Positions 25,011 to 37,078 of a stretch of DNA of 64,000 nucleotides are shown in pieces. Under the pieces are notes generated by a model. The model did no database searches and was not told the origin of the DNA. It worked only from the letters and a program-made list of their open reading frames with translations. Position numbers and translations under genes: made by a program. This stretch comes from Lama guanicoe (lineage: Eukaryota): positions 2,435,846 through 2,499,845 of the forward strand of contig MU056737.1 of the NCBI GenBank assembly GCA_013239625.1, given 5' to 3'. Position 1 is the first letter of the stretch. The number at the start of each line of letters is the position of its first letter.

Positions 25011-25529
25011 TGTTACCCAGTCCAAGCTTGTTCTGCTCGCCACACCACAAGCCAGTAAATCAGGAGACGAGGTGTTGGGGCAAGGCGTGATGACTTTATT
25101 GGGAAAGCCTGCAGACCGAGGAGATGGGGGACTCATGTCCTGGAGAACCATCTTCCTCAAGTCAGAATTCAGGCTCCTTTTATACTAAAAGGAGAAAGGA
25201 TGTGGTTGGTTGTTGCAAACTTCCTGGTGTCGGAATCCTTTGTTCTTGCAACTGTCCTCATAGGTCAGATCATGGTGTCTCTGTAAACCTCCAGCAAAAT
25301 TAATGTTACTCTCTGTTCTGCAACTTATTATCTTTATATTAATCAGAAAGTGTTATACCCTTAAAGGTCAGAGCCTTGAGAATGGGCCACCCTGTCTGTT
25401 TCAGGCTGTAGGCAACATCCTTTTATAAAAGGTGCAGAACCAGCATGACTCAGCACAGGAATCAGAGCACCGGGCTGGAGCCAAAGACACAGATCTGATA
25501 TGGAGTCAGATACGTTCTTTCCCATGACA
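25011..25529 (-). mobile_element. Solo ERV1-class LTR (MER41-like artiodactyl type)
   Basis: It has TGTTA...TGACA termini and is 519 bp long. A minus-strand AATAAA lies near 25095 and a TATA-like 'ttttata' near 25178. The 4-bp flanks gtgg/gcag look like a degenerate TSD. Confidence 0.75.
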
Positions 25530-26117
25530 GCAGGGGTGGGAAGGTGTGACACGGGACGTGCCCGGCACTTGCCTGGGGCTCCTTGACGAATGGCACTTTC
25601 TCTTCTGTGCCTCCACTTGAGGCCACAATTACTATTAGTCTATGTTTGACATACTGGTGACTAACATTGATGCTACTCTGGTTCAAGAAGCTGAGCAGGA
25701 AGACCTTCGGTAGCCAGCTGAACTCACAAATGTGCTGCACATCCTGGTAGATGTGACCAGAAAAACCGTGGACCACGCGGGAGGCAGGCAGTGGGGGAGG
25801 GGCAGGAGGGAGAGTCAGTGCTTTCCTGGAGGAGCCTTGGAGCAGCGCTGGGCGCTGTAGGTGTCTGTCTCCATGTGTGACATAAACAGTGTCAACCCCT
25901 AAACAAGGCGTTCATCCTTAATGCATCCTGTGTGCTGAGCCCGTGGGCCCTGCACTCGGTGCTGGTGACATGGAGAGAGGCCACCGTTGGCGCCCGAGGG
26001 CTCACAGCCTAGTGAGGGTGGCAGGCGAGGGGAAGCCGCAGGTGGCGAGCGCTCACCCCTTCGGGACTTGCTCGCGTGTTTCTTCCCCAGGAGCCCCGCC
26101 TGACCTCCACTTCCTGC

Positions 26118-26500
26118 TGTTTTTACGGGAGGCAATTTCATGTACCCGCTGCACCGTGAGGCCAGACCAACCAGAATGCTGGCGTTCGGAGCAGAGGAAG
26201 GTGCGTTGCAGGGCCAAGCAAGGAGGACGGGGTGACTCATGCCCAAGAAAACCCCAAACTCCTCGAAGGGCTTCAGCAAAGCAGTTAAAGTCCAGGTGAG
26301 GCGGGGCGTTGCAGGGTTCATGATCAGCTCGTGCACAGTCCCTTGACTGGCTGATGATGAGGGACAAGGTGGTCAACACCATCAACTTCGAGGTGCCAGA
26401 AAGTCTGGGGGTCACACACTCTCGAATCAGCAAGTAGTTAATTTCTTCCCTTTGGTGGTGGTTTTAGCATCTGAAACGCTCAGGAGATAGGCATGAGCTC
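26118..26500 (-). mobile_element. ERV1-type LTR fragment
   Basis: 'ggccaagcaaggaggacggggtgactcatgcccaagaaaaccccaaactcctcgaagggcttcagcaaagc' and 'gtagttaatttcttccctttggtgg' resemble recalled eutherian ERV1 LTRs. Confidence 0.55.
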
Positions 26501-29500
26501 CCACGGTCTGGTCCTTCAGAGAGGGGCTGCAGCAGCGGGTGTGGGAGAGGCCTGTCCTGGGAAGGCCCCCAGGGTCCTGCTGGGCTACTAGGTGTCCTTC
26601 CTTCCTCCTCCTCCCCCCCACCCCTCACTGCCTCTAACTTACGCGTGAGGGTGGCGTGCACAGTCTCCCTCCCTCTCTAACCCACAGGCTCCTAAGAGCA
26701 GGGAGTTTTGTCTTTTCCTGTCACCTGTTTCCAAGGAAGTATTTCAGGAACCTAGAACAGCACCTGGATACTAAGCCCTCCAAAGTGTCTGCTGAGGGGA
26801 TGAGCAAATCCATGCAAACACGCACGTGAGGTCCTGAAAGTGTAGGTGCAGACAGAGCTCTGTGGGAGGCACTTCCCCAAACACGGGGTTGCAGAGGGGC
26901 AGGCTGGGGTACATTCAAAGAAAGTTTCCTAAACATGGTAATGCCGGATAATCGTGCATGCGTGGGTGAGTAAACGTGGTGCAGACAGTGCCTCTGCAGG
27001 CATTGATTAATCGGCAGGGACACGTGCACGTCCTGCACGTTTGCATCCCACGTTCTTAAAATGATGGACTGTTTGTTGAAATCAACAGAAGATTTTTTTG
27101 CAAACATAGATTCTACTTTGGTTATGGGTCATCATAATGGCGGGTAACATTTAGAAAGCACTTATTTTTAGGAACCGTTTTACAGAATATCAATCGGTAC
27201 CTAGTAAGTGGTAGAGCCTGGACTTGACCCTGGGAAATCTGGTGTCGGAGCCGGCATCCCCACCTTGACAAACGAATCCACCCAAATGTAACCCAAATAA
27301 ATAAATAGGCCCTACAGCGCCTGTGGGAGCCAAGTGTTCCGGTTAATCAGGGAGGCCTTCCTGGAGGACGTGCACATTGGCCCTAAACCTGGGAAGTCTG
27401 GAAAGCTGCAGGGAGGTACAGGGTGGGAGTGCTTCCTGTGAGCAGGTGGAAATGACATAGTGGCCGATTTAGGACTGAGCACAGAGGAAGATGGTTTTTT
27501 TCTAAATGGCACTTGGCGTTGATATGTAAGATTTAGATGCTGGACGCTCCTGGCTCATTTTACCGTGCCAATGATGATCTTCTTTTTCTTATTTCATTAA
27601 GAAATGAAGCTGGCATGAGTCTCCTTTCGGGCTGCCATTTAGTGGTTGAAACTTGAAATATTATCTGAGTGCCCTGGATGCCAGCCTGAACAGGCAGCTT
27701 TCAGGGGCTGCTGTCCATGGGAGTCTTAGGGCAATTGGCCACCTCCAGACCCCTGGCTCCACGCCCCCTTTGTCTCTAAGTGTCCACACTTTGATCCAAA
27801 ATCCTAAGTGACTTCCCTTAGTTTCTTCTTGTTGCAGCGCCAGGGTCAGGCCCAGGATTTCTCTCTTTCTGCGATCCACGGCCCCAAACCAGTATAAGAT
27901 GACCTTTCAAAGACAGAGACTCATAAGACCTGAAAACTAACCTAGGACGGACCTAACTGTGTGCTCAACACGTGAAGACCTCTGCAAGCGCCTGGATTCG
28001 GCGCTTCGCAGCGGAAGTCTTCACGTGGCCTGTCACTCAGTTCGGCTATAAAAAGAAGCTGAAAGCACAGTGGAAAACGATTGCCTCATTTAGAGTTAGC
28101 TCGGCATAAGCCTGGCAGCTGGTGAGCTGTCTCTGGGTGGCCAGCCTGCGTGATGGTGACTGTATTCCAGAAAAATCAAGTGATGTGACATCAGTAAGTA
28201 GGGAGTCAGTATGGGGCTTCAGGACACCAGGAAGCAGGCCAGTTATTGTCCTGCCCGCCCGTGCGGGCTCAGCACGGATGGCCTGCGCGTGTTCTGCCTT
28301 CTGTTTGGGTGGGATGTATTGAGCTGGTGGCTCACTGAGGCCCTTGGACAGTGCATCTGGTACAGAGTTATCTGATGGGCTCCGCGTTGCCACGGAGGAG
28401 CTGATGTTTACTGTTAATAACGATAACCTGTTAACGGTGCACTGCCATTCCTGCGCTTCAAGGCACCACATGAAGTGTCTTCATTCCTCACTGTTTCCGG
28501 AGGGGCTCTGCCTGAAGGTCACGGTGAGAAGAAGGGCTTTTCAGGTTTCATCCCGCCTGTGTTTGTGAGGACGCGATGAGACTAGGTTGCTCAGCTTGTA
28601 TAATAACGTGCATGTGGGGTGGAGATCAGAATCAGTAGGGTAAAACCTACCAGGGATAAAGGTCATCTTCCAGGTAGGTTTAAAAAGAAAGCAATTTGGA
28701 CACTGCCGGAGCAGAGAGCCGTCGAGGGTGCATGCTAGCGGAACAGCACAGGACGCCTGGAGTCTGACTTGGCTTCCTGCCTCTTGTGGGCCCATCTGGA
28801 GATGTTGCTGCAGAAGCTGCCATAAATAAGTATTTTACTTAGCTGCCTGAAATTAATGAATATTAATTAATATTTGCTCAACTAGCTAATATTAAATCAT
28901 GGCTAATTGAGCACCTGCGTGGCGGGCCCTGGATGTGTGCGTCCGGCGCTGATTCAGTGACTCCACACACAGTCCTGTGAAGCAGCTGCTCTTGGGACGC
29001 ACCTGCCTCGCGGATGAGAAAACAGCGCAAGGCATCAGGTGGCGCGCTCCGTCCTGCAATGTGGGACTTTGAACCGAGTTCGTCTCTGGGGTCCCCCGCC
29101 TTGCTGTCCTCTGCAGTGACTGCCCCACATCTGGAACGTGGGTCCCACCTTGGCAGCCACTTTGTTCATGGGGAGCACTGGCCGCCTGGAACCCACTGGG
29201 TCCACCCCGGCTCCGACAGCCAGGGTCGAAGAGCAGAGTCACAGAGGCCGCCGGGTGGCCTTCCAAAAGCACAGAAACAGACTCAACGGCGTCCTTCCTC
29301 GCTTCCGTGGCGAGAACTCACGGAATGGCTGGTCCTGAGCAGAGCGATCTCAACTGGAGAAACGTGGGCTGCGAGACCTCGAAACAGCACCTGAGGCTTA
29401 GCTCAGGGAGAAGCCAGGCCACACCGGCAGGAGCCCTGGGGCGGGGGGGCTCCGTGCGGGACATGCCCTCCCTGGATCTCCCTCCCTCCCTCCCTCCCTG

Positions 29501-30749
29501 CTCCCTCCCCCCAGCGCGGTCACGGCAGGCCAGCTGCAGTTCCCCGCTTCTGGAGGGACGGGCGGACGGGGCAGCACCACAGGCCTTCTTCTATCACGTT
29601 CCCCCGAGCGTGGCGTCCTCACTCTGGGGCCGTGTGCTGGGACTGCCTGTGCCGTCCGCTCACGAGGATGGAGACAGGGATGTTCTGACCGTGAGTGTGT
29701 GACACCAAACCGCGGTGTTCCTGAACAAGTGAACGTCTGGCCCAGTGTCGGCCTGAGGCAGGGCAACTGGGCTCACCGTTCCTGCAGGAAACAGATTCAC
29801 CAGGACTTAATGAGGCCCCAGAGCCCTGTCGAACCACGTGGATTAAAGTCTGTGCCAGCCCCGAGCATTACTGGGTTTTGCCAGCTGGAGAGCCAGGTGC
29901 TCCCAGAAACGAAAACAGGAACAAGACAGAAAGGAACTTTGTGGAGCCAGAACCGATGTGAAGGAGCGGAATCATGGCTGAGGTTTGGCAGAGAATGTGA
30001 AATCCTCGGGGCAAAGTGAGCCGCAGCGTTTGATCGAAGCTAAGAGTCAGAGAGCCCCGAGGCCTCCCCTCCTGTGGCCTGTTTTCTGGGGAGACAAACC
30101 CCCTTTGCCTGGACCTGGGTCCGAGGCAAGGGGGACGTGCAGCTGTGAGGCTCACATCGAGGGGAGCGGAGCCTGGCCCTCTCACCCTCCGCGTCTCTGA
30201 CTGGATCGGAGTTCACAGCACAGACCCCCCCCCATTGCCGTGCCCAGCCCCACTGTTCATGTCACTGCCCCCCGAGGTGGGAGCAGGGCCGCTTCTCTGC
30301 CTTCGGGGAGGCCTGTCCCCCGGGCGCCCGGCGGCTGTTGTAGACTCCTGTCCCGGCACCCGGGGCGGCCGTCCTGTCTCAGGACCTGGCTCTGAGCGGC
30401 GCTGCTGAGACTGGAGGAGAGTGGTGCTGCTGCGCAGGCCGGGAGTGTGTCCTCGCCGAGGGGACCTCGGAGCAGGAAGAGAAGGGAAGAGAGCTGGTGG
30501 TGCGAGGGGTCTTGATCAGCTAGTGGCCCGTCTGTGCAAGTGAACAGGATCTGGGGACGCCAGAAAGGTCTCTGCACCTCTGGCCACACACCTCTCCCAC
30601 CACCTCCCCGCTCGAGAACTCTTTCTACAGCTGGAGGCTGACGCGGTGCCTTAGCTTTTCTGCTAGAATCTCTTACATCGGGGGCGGGGGTGGGGGTGGC
30701 CGCATCAGGGACAGTGCAAAAGGTTGTTGACTTTGCATGCACAGCAAAG

Positions 30750-30880
30750 CCCTGGAAACAGCTTTTGAAATGCAGGCTCCCATCGTAAAGATTCGTATCC
30801 AGTTGGTCTGGGGCAGGATGCATACACTGGTCGTTTAAACACTCCACCAGGTGGTTCTACTGTGCAGCCAGCGTGGGGGC
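30750..30880. mobile_element. MER5-family DNA transposon fragment
   Basis: 'tttaaacactccaccaggtggttctactgtgcagcca' matches the MER5 segment 'aagctccccaggtgattctaatgtgcagcca'. Confidence 0.6.
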
Positions 30881-32045
30881 CAGTCTTAGGGTGAGTGACC
30901 GCATCAGAAGTTTTTAAACCAACAGGTTTCATGAGTGTGAGATTGAGGAGCTGGGTGGGGGAGAATGCACTAAGAATAATGAAAAGGGTAAAAAAAAATC
31001 AAAATTGAAAGAACTAAGGCAGGTATTTCTTCCTAATCATCAAAATACCCAGTTTGTCCAAGTCTTAAATGTAATTTACTCCCTGTGAAGCCTGAAAAAT
31101 GCCTCAGAACTGTCTTTAGTAACAGAGTTGTCTGATGAGATTGTCAGATTAATTGACAAGGAGTGAGGGCACGCGTGGGCAACTTTCTGATTCTGTTATT
31201 TTTGCCTTTGAGACACGTTTCTGTGTAATGTGAGGACACGTGATACCAATACTGTCCTGTTCCAAGGGCGGACGCTTCCTGTCCTGGGGAGGACACGGGG
31301 GAGGAGCCGAGAGGGAGCGGTTTCCCGAGGTCCATGGGAGTAACTGACGGAGTCAACGACCATTTCACATCCAGGAGCCCATCAGCGGCTCCCCAGGGTT
31401 CCTGCCAAGGGGACGGACAGTGGCAGCGGTGGACGGGGACCTGGACAGCTCCTCACTGGTTGGGGGGGGCGCACACATCTCGTGACCCCAGCGTCAGCCA
31501 CGGCTCCACGGTGGCTCAGTCTTTATTGCCCCAGTGTTGAACCACATCATGCTGAAAAGAGAAAGCACACTGTGTCGGTGCTTAGTGTCACGTGGGAGAC
31601 CGTAACATACTCAGTTGGAAAAACCCTCCTTTCTTATTTCAAGTCTACCAGTCAGTCTTTCTCAAGTGGCTCTGACAAATTGTCTCTGCATTCTCACATT
31701 CCTGGCATTTCTAATTTGACTGCTTCCGACAACTTGAAAAGCCATGAACTTGTAGAAAGCAGGACCAGCCGCTGTTGCGTACTCACATGCTTCTGAAACA
31801 TTAACTTCCTGTTGGGCCTGAGCCACAGGTGTGTTATTTTTACAATATAGTTTTGTCTTCTTGACTTTTTCCCAAAATTATTGCCAGCATCCCAAGTAAA
31901 TGAAAGTCAAAGAGGACCGTGTCTGACATTTCCTTTTAATGAAATTGAGTAGAAGAGGAAGCAATTAGAAAATAGCAGAGCACAGAGCAGGAGTGAGGGT
32001 GAACATTGTCTCCTGAAACCTTTGTTTCTTCTGTTTTCTTCCATC

Positions 32046-32100
32046 TTTTAAATTGAAGTACAGTCAGCTTACAGTGTTGTGTCAATTTTCAACGTGGAGC
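32046..32100 (-). mobile_element. Very short L1 3' terminus
   Basis: 'tttttaaattgaagtacagtcagcttacagtgttgtgtcaattt' matches the ends of the young L1 copies. Confidence 0.7.
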
Positions 32101-32250
32101 ATGAAAAAAAATTGGATTGAAAAGCTACTGGGTGATGGTATTAGCTGCAGTAATCTCCCTCCCCAGACCACAGACAGCAGGTCAGTAGACGCTCTCCTAT
32201 CTTCTGGTAAACACGGGTGTCCCGTCTGACTCCGTGTTGAGGGGCTGGAC

Positions 32251-32420
32251 CACTGGTTCTCAAAGTGCGGTCCCCGGACCAGAAGCATCAGCGTCACTGG
32301 CAACTTGTTGGAGAAGCCAGATCTCAGGGGGCCCGTCCTGTGTCTGCTGCATCGGAAGCTCCGGGTGTGGGGCGCAGCAGACTTTTGTAACACGCGATGC
32401 AGGTGATGGTCTTCTGATGA
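32251..32420. mobile_element. MER5A (hAT-Charlie)
   Basis: 'cactggttctcaaagtgcggtccccggaccagaagcatcagcgtcactggcaacttgtt' matches the MER5A 5' TIR and body. Confidence 0.8.
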
Positions 32421-34049
32421 GCGGCTGCGCTGGGAACATCTGGCCAGCCAGGTGCGCGTTTGGCCCCTCGAGCCCTGACAGAGGACCCGTGTCTACACAT
32501 CACTCAGCTCCGTAGGCATCTGAGTCTATGAAGTAATCTATTGATGGAGTGTTTTTTTTTTCCTTTTTTGTAGCTAACATTTGTCATTGCTTTTTGTCCT
32601 TACCGTTCCTTGAGTCGGCCCTTGACAACGTTGGAACATTCTGAGTGGCTGATGGTGCCCCTGTCCTCCCACTGGCCGGTAGGCCTCTGCTCTCAGCCCA
32701 GCACTGAGCCTCCAGAGGGGGCCCTCTGCCTCTTGTAGACTCTTCACTCTGCCTGACTTTCCTGGCCTAATTTCAGGAGCCATATCTCCTGGCTCCCCTG
32801 ACTCCCCCGGACGATGTGCAGCAGGCGCTCACCCATGTGCTGAACTGCTGTGGTCCAGTACGCACACCCCCGGCAGGGCTTTAGTGAGGAGGCAGGTGCC
32901 TGCGGTCTCGGGGTCTTTCATGCCGGAAGGCACATGCCAGCAACGTCACACATGCGGGCAGGCGACCAGGAGGTCCCCGGCTTCCTCGTAGGGGTGGGGA
33001 GCTGAAGTGGGGTGCGAGATGGTCCCGCCAGTGCATTCGTGGAAGTGGCCAATGTTTCCTTTATGGAGAAAAGCCCAAAGGGTATGAATTTGCACTTGAC
33101 CGCAGAGTCACGTGGGGCCGCTTTCTCGCTCGTTCGGCGCCGTGGGGCCTCTGGCAGCGTCAGGCGCTTCGCTGGACGCGTGCAGGGCAGGGCTGCCGGC
33201 TGCGGACTAGAGCAGATGGTGGTCATTACTGGTGCCAACGTGCGGCCACGCCTAATTGCACTGCAAGGCCGCCGGCTGTTGATAGCTGTTCTGTATTTAG
33301 GCGCTACTTAGAAAATACTTTTAGCAGAAAATGATTAAATATACAAAACAGCACTAACCTATGCAGTGTTGGACGGTCAATAAATGCCATTTCACCACCC
33401 CCGTATTTTAACAACCATTTCTGGTACTTAGAAATACATAATCTCCCATTAGTCATCAGGCCGTTAAAAATGAAATGGGTCATCCTTCTCGGTGGATAAA
33501 CACGCAACATTCTGAGACTTAAAATTTTGCAACTCTGCTAAAACTGCATGGAGCCAGGCCCGTGAACACGTAAGGCACGTGAGAAATACTTTGCATCCTG
33601 TAGGAGAGGCCTCAGTCAGCTCTGTGCGCATGCACTGAGCCCTTGGGGTCAGCTGACTCACAGCAGGTGCTTTCAGGGACGCAGGCCGTCCGGCTCCAGC
33701 CTCGTGGCTCTCACTGGAGCTGGTCTGTCTGCCTGCCAGCCCGAAAAGCTAGTCTCTGTGGTTAATAACTTGCAGCGTGGACCTCATTAATTCAAGGACT
33801 CATGCTCTAATCCTCTGTATTTGGATGTTGTAATTCGGCCCATAACCAGGGGATTTTCTTCCCTTACTGTGTGGCGCACTTGGAACAGCGTCGCTTTTCT
33901 GCATTGTGCTTTTTGAGAAAGTCAGTGATTCAGGGTGCGTGTTCCTCACCTCGGGGTGGAGGGCTCCCCCAGTTGTTCTGGCGAGTCTTACTGTGTCTTC
34001 TACCAAACCTTTCTTTTTAACAAAGAGGTCCAGTTAATAAGGATACTCA

Positions 34050-34295
34050 TAATCATCATTGCAACAACAGCTAATAGTAGCTGAACACGTATTATGTAGC
34101 AAGGACATTTTTAAGCAGACTTACTGCATTAACTCACAGTTCTCCTAACCAGCCTATGGGACAGGTGTCCTTACCCACTTTTTGCATTTGAAGAACTGAG
34201 GTCCTGAGTCATTAAGTTTCATTCAAACAGTGAGTGACTGAGCTGAGACAAAAGCCCAGGCATTCTGACTGAGAGTCCAGACTCTTAACCACTCT
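34050..34295. mobile_element. MIR SINE, near full length
   Basis: 'cattaactcacagttctcctaaccagcctatgggacagg...gaagaactgaggtcctgag...ctgactgagagtccagactcttaaccact'. Confidence 0.75.
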
Positions 34296-35079
34296 GTGGT
34301 GTAACTTCTAGAACATACGTTTGAGTGAGTTACTTGTATCGCTAACCATCCGAGCCACTTGGGCACCTGCACTGGATTTCCAGGTGAGCCAGAGAAGCTG
34401 TGAAAGTCTGGCGCAGATACAGCCCTGCCGTTGGGTGGTGTGAAAGGGGAACTTCATCTTAACTTTAGGTCGAGATCTTAGAGGCGTATCTTCTGGACAT
34501 AAAAGAAGTGCCCCTTAATAATTTTAAGTAAATTATTAGTGTGTAGGAATAGGTCGTGATAAGGTCTTTCTGAGGGTAGAAACTGTGTCTGTGTTTTTTT
34601 CCTTCCTGGGACGCAGCAAAATGATGAGGCCACTCAAGTATTTTTGAGTGAATGTTAGCCATCGTTTCTAAGCCACAGGATTTTATACGTCTTTTCCCAC
34701 CTATCACCACACGTTTCTCTCCATATATTTTATTCAGCCTGCAAAGGCAGCAAAGTAGAATTGCCTGCTGTATCATCTCAGAGGGAGAAGTAAGGAAATT
34801 GGAGGTTGTTATGCAAAAATGGATGGGCTATCAAATTACTATCAAAAAGTAAGAGACGGATTTAAGGCTCTAGTGAAAACCATGCTGGTGTGACAGCCTG
34901 GCTCCAAGCCGCGCCCAGTCAGCGGCTCTGCAGACCAGCAGAGCAGAGAGCTCCCTGGATGGCAACCAGGAATTTTTAGGTCTAAAATTTTGCTTTAAGG
35001 GTTTGCCTTAAAAGTGTGGGTATTGTAAAGAGAATGAAAAGCTCTCTCTCTCAGAAGAATGTTCTCTAATAAATAGAGA

Positions 35080-35705
35080 AAACATTAAGGATTTAGACAA
35101 TTAGGATTTTGTAGTTCCCAGTATCATAATTGATCCAGGCAGAAGTCGTGAATGAATGTTGACATCATTAAGTGACGTGTTGTTGGGGAATAAGGTAGCC
35201 ACAAAACCTTTGAGTATCAACCCGCAGATCCTTGCTCACTAAAAATGGAAAAATGAAACTCCCTTTCTGATGGAGAGATCTGATGAACACCAGTTAACCA
35301 CATGGTCAAACTCAGTCTTGCCAACGTTGGAACAAAATATGTGCTTCTTGATGTGATGCGACCAGCAGCTCACAGCTTTCCTTAGGAATATTCCTGCCAA
35401 AAATTTTCCCGTGAACCTGATCATGAGAAAATAATCAGATGAATCCAGATTGCAGGACTTTCGAGGAGATGACTAGCCAGGATCCATGAAAACAAAACAA
35501 AGCAAAACAAAAAACAATGTCACCATGAAAAAACAAAACAAACAAGCTGAAAAGCAGTGAGACAGACGGGGAGGATGTATTAAATTAAAAGAGATAAAAT
35601 TGAAATAACAACAAATGCAAAACATTAACCTTGACTGGTTCCTTGATAAAAAGAAATAGATATAAAAGTTGTTTTGGAAAAATTAGGGAATCTGATTAGG
35701 GCTCT
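35080..35705 (+). mobile_element. Old L1MC/L1ME 3'UTR fragment
   Basis: 'atattcctgccaaaaa...tgaacctgatcatgagaaaataatcagatgaatccagattg' and 'aacaacaaatgcaa...ccttgactggttcct'. Confidence 0.65.
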
Positions 35706-35718
35706 ATATTTTTTCTGC

Positions 35719-36841
35719 CTTTTTAAATTGAAGTATAGTTGACTTACAGTGCGGTGTTAGTTTCTAGCGCACAGCATAGTGATTCAGTTACACACATATA
35801 TATTCCTTCTCATATTCTTTTTCACTGTAGGCCATTAGAAGGTACTGAATATAGCTCCCTGTGCCAGACCTTGTTTATCTGCTTTGTATATAGTAGCTAG
35901 TATCTGCAAAACCTGAACCTCCCGATTTATGCCTTCACCCCCTTTCCCCCCGGTTACCATAAGTTTGTTTTCTGTCTGTGAGTCTGTCTCTGTTTTGTAA
36001 ATAAGTTCATTTAAGTCTCCTTTTTTTTAGATTCCACATATATGTAATATCACATGGTATTTGTCTTTCTCTCTCTGACTTACCTCACTTAGTGTGACAG
36101 GCTCCATCTATGTTGCTGCAGATGACATTATTTCGTTCTTTTTTATGACTTGAGTTGTACTCCATTGTGTGTATACATAGACATCTACACCACGTCTTCT
36201 TTATCCAGTCAGCTATCCATAGACATTTAGGTTGCTTCTCTGTCTGAGCTATCGTGTACAGTGCTGCTATGAACATTGAGGTGCGTGTATCTTTTCAAAT
36301 TATGGTTTCCTCCAGGTATATGCCCAGGAGTGGGATTGCTGGGTCATAAGGTTTATTTTTAGTTTTTTAAGGAGCCGCCATCCTGTTTTCCACAGTGGCT
36401 GCACCAAACTGCATTCCCCCCAGTAGTGTGGGAGGGCTCCCTTTTCTCCACAGCCTCTCCAGCATTTATCGTTCATGGACTTTTGAACGATGGCCATTCT
36501 GACTGGTGTGAGGTGATACCTCACTGTAGTTTTGATTCCCGTTTCTCTGATAATTAGTGATATTCAGCACCTTTCCATGGCCATCTGTATGTCTTCATTG
36601 GAGAAATGTTTATGTAGGTCTTCTGCCGTTTTTCGACTGGGTTGTTTGGTTTTTTGTTACTGAGTTACATGAGCTGCTTGAATATTCCGGAAATTACGCC
36701 CTTGTCGGTCACATTGTTTGTAAGTATCTTCTCCCCTTCCCTAGGTCGTCTGTTCATTTTACTTATGGTTTCCTTTGCTGTGAAAAACCCTCTAAGTTTC
36801 ATAGGTCCCATTTGTTTACTGTTGCTTTTATTTCTGGTGCC
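35719..36841 (-). mobile_element. 5'-truncated L1 (3'UTR plus ORF2 C-terminus, frameshifted)
   Basis: The minus-strand peptides [12 protein letters not shown]...[27 protein letters not shown] and MFIAALYTIAQTEKQPKC are the Cys-rich C-terminus of L1 ORF2p. A T tail lies at the low-coordinate end. Confidence 0.95.
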
Positions 36842-37040
36842 TCGGCGTACTGTAGGGTCTGTATTGTTGTTAAAAATGTAGGTGTATGACATAGGGATGT
36901 CGGTGTGGGTTGTGGTAGTGTGGGGTGACGCCCTCGATAGGAATTCATGCTGAAATACAGTGGTGTTGTTAGTAAGTGACTTTCGAATGGTTTAGCAGGG
37001 GGAGTTGGTGTGTGGGTATGTACCCATGCATGTATACAGA

Positions 37041-37078
37041 TGTGTGTGTGTGTATGTGTGTGTGTGTGTGTGTGTGTG
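37041..37078. repeat. (TG)n microsatellite
   Basis: Read directly: tgtgtgtgtgtgtatgtgtg... Confidence 0.95.

Noticed and set aside
30844-30858. CTCF-like CCACCAGGTGGT, and similar words near 37661 and 56860
   Set aside because: Each mismatches a key position. The 30.8 kb word is explained by MER5 sequence, and such matches are common in GC-rich DNA.
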